From: Suttonella indologenes
GTDB taxonomy: Bacteria; Pseudomonadota; Gammaproteobacteria; Cardiobacteriales; Cardiobacteriaceae
DNA length: 24,000 bases
Direction of reading: 5' to 3'
Assembly: GCF_900460215.1 (NCBI RefSeq)
Contig: NZ_UHIA01000003.1
Span: forward strand, 131,944-155,943
Shown here piece after piece: positions 22,382 through 24,000 of the stretch. The notes under the pieces were generated by a model. It searched no databases and was not told the DNA's origin. It saw only the letters and a program-made list of their open reading frames with translations. A program made the position numbers and the translations under genes. Numbering within the stretch: the stretch's first letter is position 1; each line of letters begins with the position of its first letter.

Positions 22382-23018
22382 CCGCATCCTCCTGCGCCTC
22401 AAACACCGGCGCTTGATGTGCGGCAATGTGCCGATATTGCCGCGTCAACTCTTGAACCTCTTCCGCCGAAAAGAGCAATTTCAACACCGGCGAAATTTCA
22501 AAACGCCCTTCGCTATTGCGAATTTTTTGCAAAATATTCGGTTTTTTCATTTTCTCTATCGCTGCCTGTATGCGTCTGAGAAACAAAGCCCGATCCGTAT
22601 TGCCGCTGCGCTCAAAAGCCATGAAATATTCCACAATCTCATTTTCGGATACCACCGCCCGTCGCCCCTGCGCCTGCGCTTGAATCAATTGCTGACGCAA
22701 AAACAAAAGCAAGACGGAAGCCTCGAAATTCAAAGGCAGACTTTTCAACATTCGCGGCGCCTCCAACTCTTGCGTATCCGCCTGACGTACAAAAGCAATT
22801 TGTGATGACGTATCAATAATCAACTCTAAAAATAAAGCCGATAAATAACGGCGGATATTCTCTTCATCTTGCAGCAATGCCTGCCATAATCTGCCATGAT
22901 AACGCGCATCCAATGCCGGCCCCTGCAACAACTGAATTAAAGCGCGGCGGCTTTCCAAACACAAATCTCCCGTATCACCGACATATAGCGGCTCAATTGC
23001 CTGCTCTTCAGAATCCAT
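22374..23018 (-). CDS. jetB: Wadjet JetB (DUF4194, MukE/kleisin-partner-like)
   Basis: A 214-aa acidic protein, with LIQLLQGPALDARYHGRLWQALL...IRRYLSALFLELIIDT typical of DUF4194 as I remember it. It lies between jetA and jetC with overlaps on both sides. Confidence 0.8.
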   Translation of the reverse strand: MDSEEQAIEPLYVGDTGDLCLESRRALIQLLQGPALDARYHGRLWQALLQDEENIRRYLSALFLELIIDTSSQIAFVRQADTQELEAPRMLKSLPLNFEASVLLLFLRQQLIQAQAQGRRAVVSENEIVEYFMAFERSGNTDRALFLRRIQAAIEKMKKPNILQKIRNSEGRFEISPVLKLLFSAEEVQELTRQYRHIAAHQAPVFEAQEDADE

Positions 23019-24000
23019 GCTTATCTCTCACAAAAAACAATTTATCAATCCTTGCCCTGCGCAACAGACCATCTTGCCCCTGCCATTGCACCATTTCCGT
23101 CTCCTGCGTCTTAATTCCATCACGACTGGCCAAAGACAATAAGCCGAGCACACTACCCAAACCTTGAGTTGCCGGAAAATCCTCCAAAACCTGCGCAACC
23201 GATGCCTGCGAATGCTTAAGCAACACCTGACGCACATTCTCCTGCAAACGGCGATAATCAATCTCAGATTGCGCCAGCAAATTGCCGACTGCCGCCAAAT
23301 CCACCGTCGCCGCTTCCGCCTCCTGCATCGCCGCAGGATCAGCCTGCTGACTGGGATCATATAAGCGCCATTGGGAAAGAGAATGCACCGCACTGCTGCT
23401 TAAATGCAAGTGATAATTCAACTGCTGCCTAGCGCGCGCCTTATCTTTTACCGCCAAAGCCGCCAACTGCGCCTCACGCAAAAGCGTATTCAAGCGGCGA
23501 AACTCCAAATATTCACGACTTTGCACAAAATGACGCAAACTACCGGCAAAATTACTCAACACATCATGCACCACGCCGCCCTGTTCTAATAAGACCTTCG
23601 TCAAATTCAATAAAAATTGTCGCTCACGGCTCGTTAACTCGCGTACGAAATGGCGCGACATAATCTCCTCAAGCGCCGATTCCAAAGTACTGGACTGCTC
23701 CTGATCAATCAGCAAACGCCAAAACGCTGCGAAAGTCTTGCCCGCCTCGCTCTCGCTAATCACATCCATGCCCGCAAACAAAGCCTCTAAGACTTCGCCG
23801 CGATTCGCCTCTTCTAAAATCTTTTCACGCAAATCGCGATTGAGCTGCTCAAACTCATCGCGCACACGGCGAAAATCACCTAACAATTCATCAGCCAAAC
23901 TAATAATCTCGCGACAACGCTCAACAGCGCGATCCTTGGGCATCACCCGCAACTGCCCTTGCTCAATCGCGGCAATTTCCTGATCAATCCGCGCCCGTTC
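23008..24000 (-). CDS. jetA: Wadjet JetA (DUF3375, MukF-like), C-terminal 330 codons; gene continues beyond window end
   Basis: The reading frame is open from 24000 (ERARIDQEIAAIEQGQLRVMPKD...), so the track's TTG start at 23952 is not the real start. Position and size fit JetA. The call rests on context and general resemblance. Confidence 0.75.
   Translation of the reverse strand, partial: ERARIDQEIAAIEQGQLRVMPKDRAVERCREIISLADELLGDFRRVRDEFEQLNRDLREKILEEANRGEVLEALFAGMDVISESEAGKTFAAFWRLLIDQEQSSTLESALEEIMSRHFVRELTSRERQFLLNLTKVLLEQGGVVHDVLSNFAGSLRHFVQSREYLEFRRLNTLLREAQLAALAVKDKARARQQLNYHLHLSSSAVHSLSQWRLYDPSQQADPAAMQEAEAATVDLAAVGNLLAQSEIDYRRLQENVRQVLLKHSQASVAQVLEDFPATQGLGSVLGLLSLASRDGIKTQETEMVQWQGQDGLLRRARIDKLFFVRDKHGF

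Noticed and set aside
22382-22426. N-terminal extension of jetC in the ORF track (MPHIKRRCLRRRRMRM...).
   Set aside because: It lies inside the jetB coding sequence. The AGGAGG is positioned for the ATG at 22379-22381 (MSSADYNL...), which matches the usual short overlap.
1-24000. A search for Neisseriaceae DNA uptake sequences (GCCGTCTGAA and the AGGCAGCCTGAA, AGGCTGCCTGAA and AAGCAGCCTGCA dialects as remembered).
   Set aside because: I found no full match by eye, only an 8-mer AGCCTGAA on the minus strand near 10015. DUS therefore cannot be used here to assign a genus, and a manual scan may miss copies.

Overview
This looks like a Neisseriaceae-type chromosome segment, inferred only from a Correia-like MITE; I cannot determine the species. 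There are four blocks. (1) 1-3766 is core: hemL (5' part, minus strand), rpsT, and nrdG-nrdD behind a tandem NrdR operator. Two diverged copies of a ~130-bp structured repeat flank rpsT. (2) 3770-7243 is a visibly AT-rich accessory islet. It holds an orphan RBS-ATG-G10 tract, an IS1595-family transposase remnant, two uncharacterised minus-strand ORFs and an apparently intact IS982-family element. It also holds a secreted Cys/Gly-rich small-protein gene that appears frameshifted and is coupled to a downstream ORF. (3) 7270-10216 is a tryptophanase operon on the minus strand: tnaB, tnaA and a 32-codon tnaC-type leader absent from the ORF track. A 39-bp duplication of the tnaB 3' end lies at the islet junction. 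(4) 10400-24000 is all minus strand. It runs from a Correia-like MITE to a 1718-aa type-1-secretion-style protein (BapA/LapA-like N-terminus, 23 PNT repeats, Ig-like repeats, serralysin-type metzincin, RTX repeats). It ends with a type I Wadjet system, jetA (partial), jetB, jetC and jetD. The most interesting observation is that jetD is followed, with start/stop overlaps, by two enzyme genes: a PRTase_2/TRSP 'StiP-like' phosphoribosyltransferase and a CitE/HpcH-like lyase. These are normally seen in tellurite-resistance (ter) neighbourhoods. Together they make an apparent six-gene operon that I do not recognise as a described Wadjet architecture. All calls rest on reading the sequence and on remembered family signatures; no searches were run.
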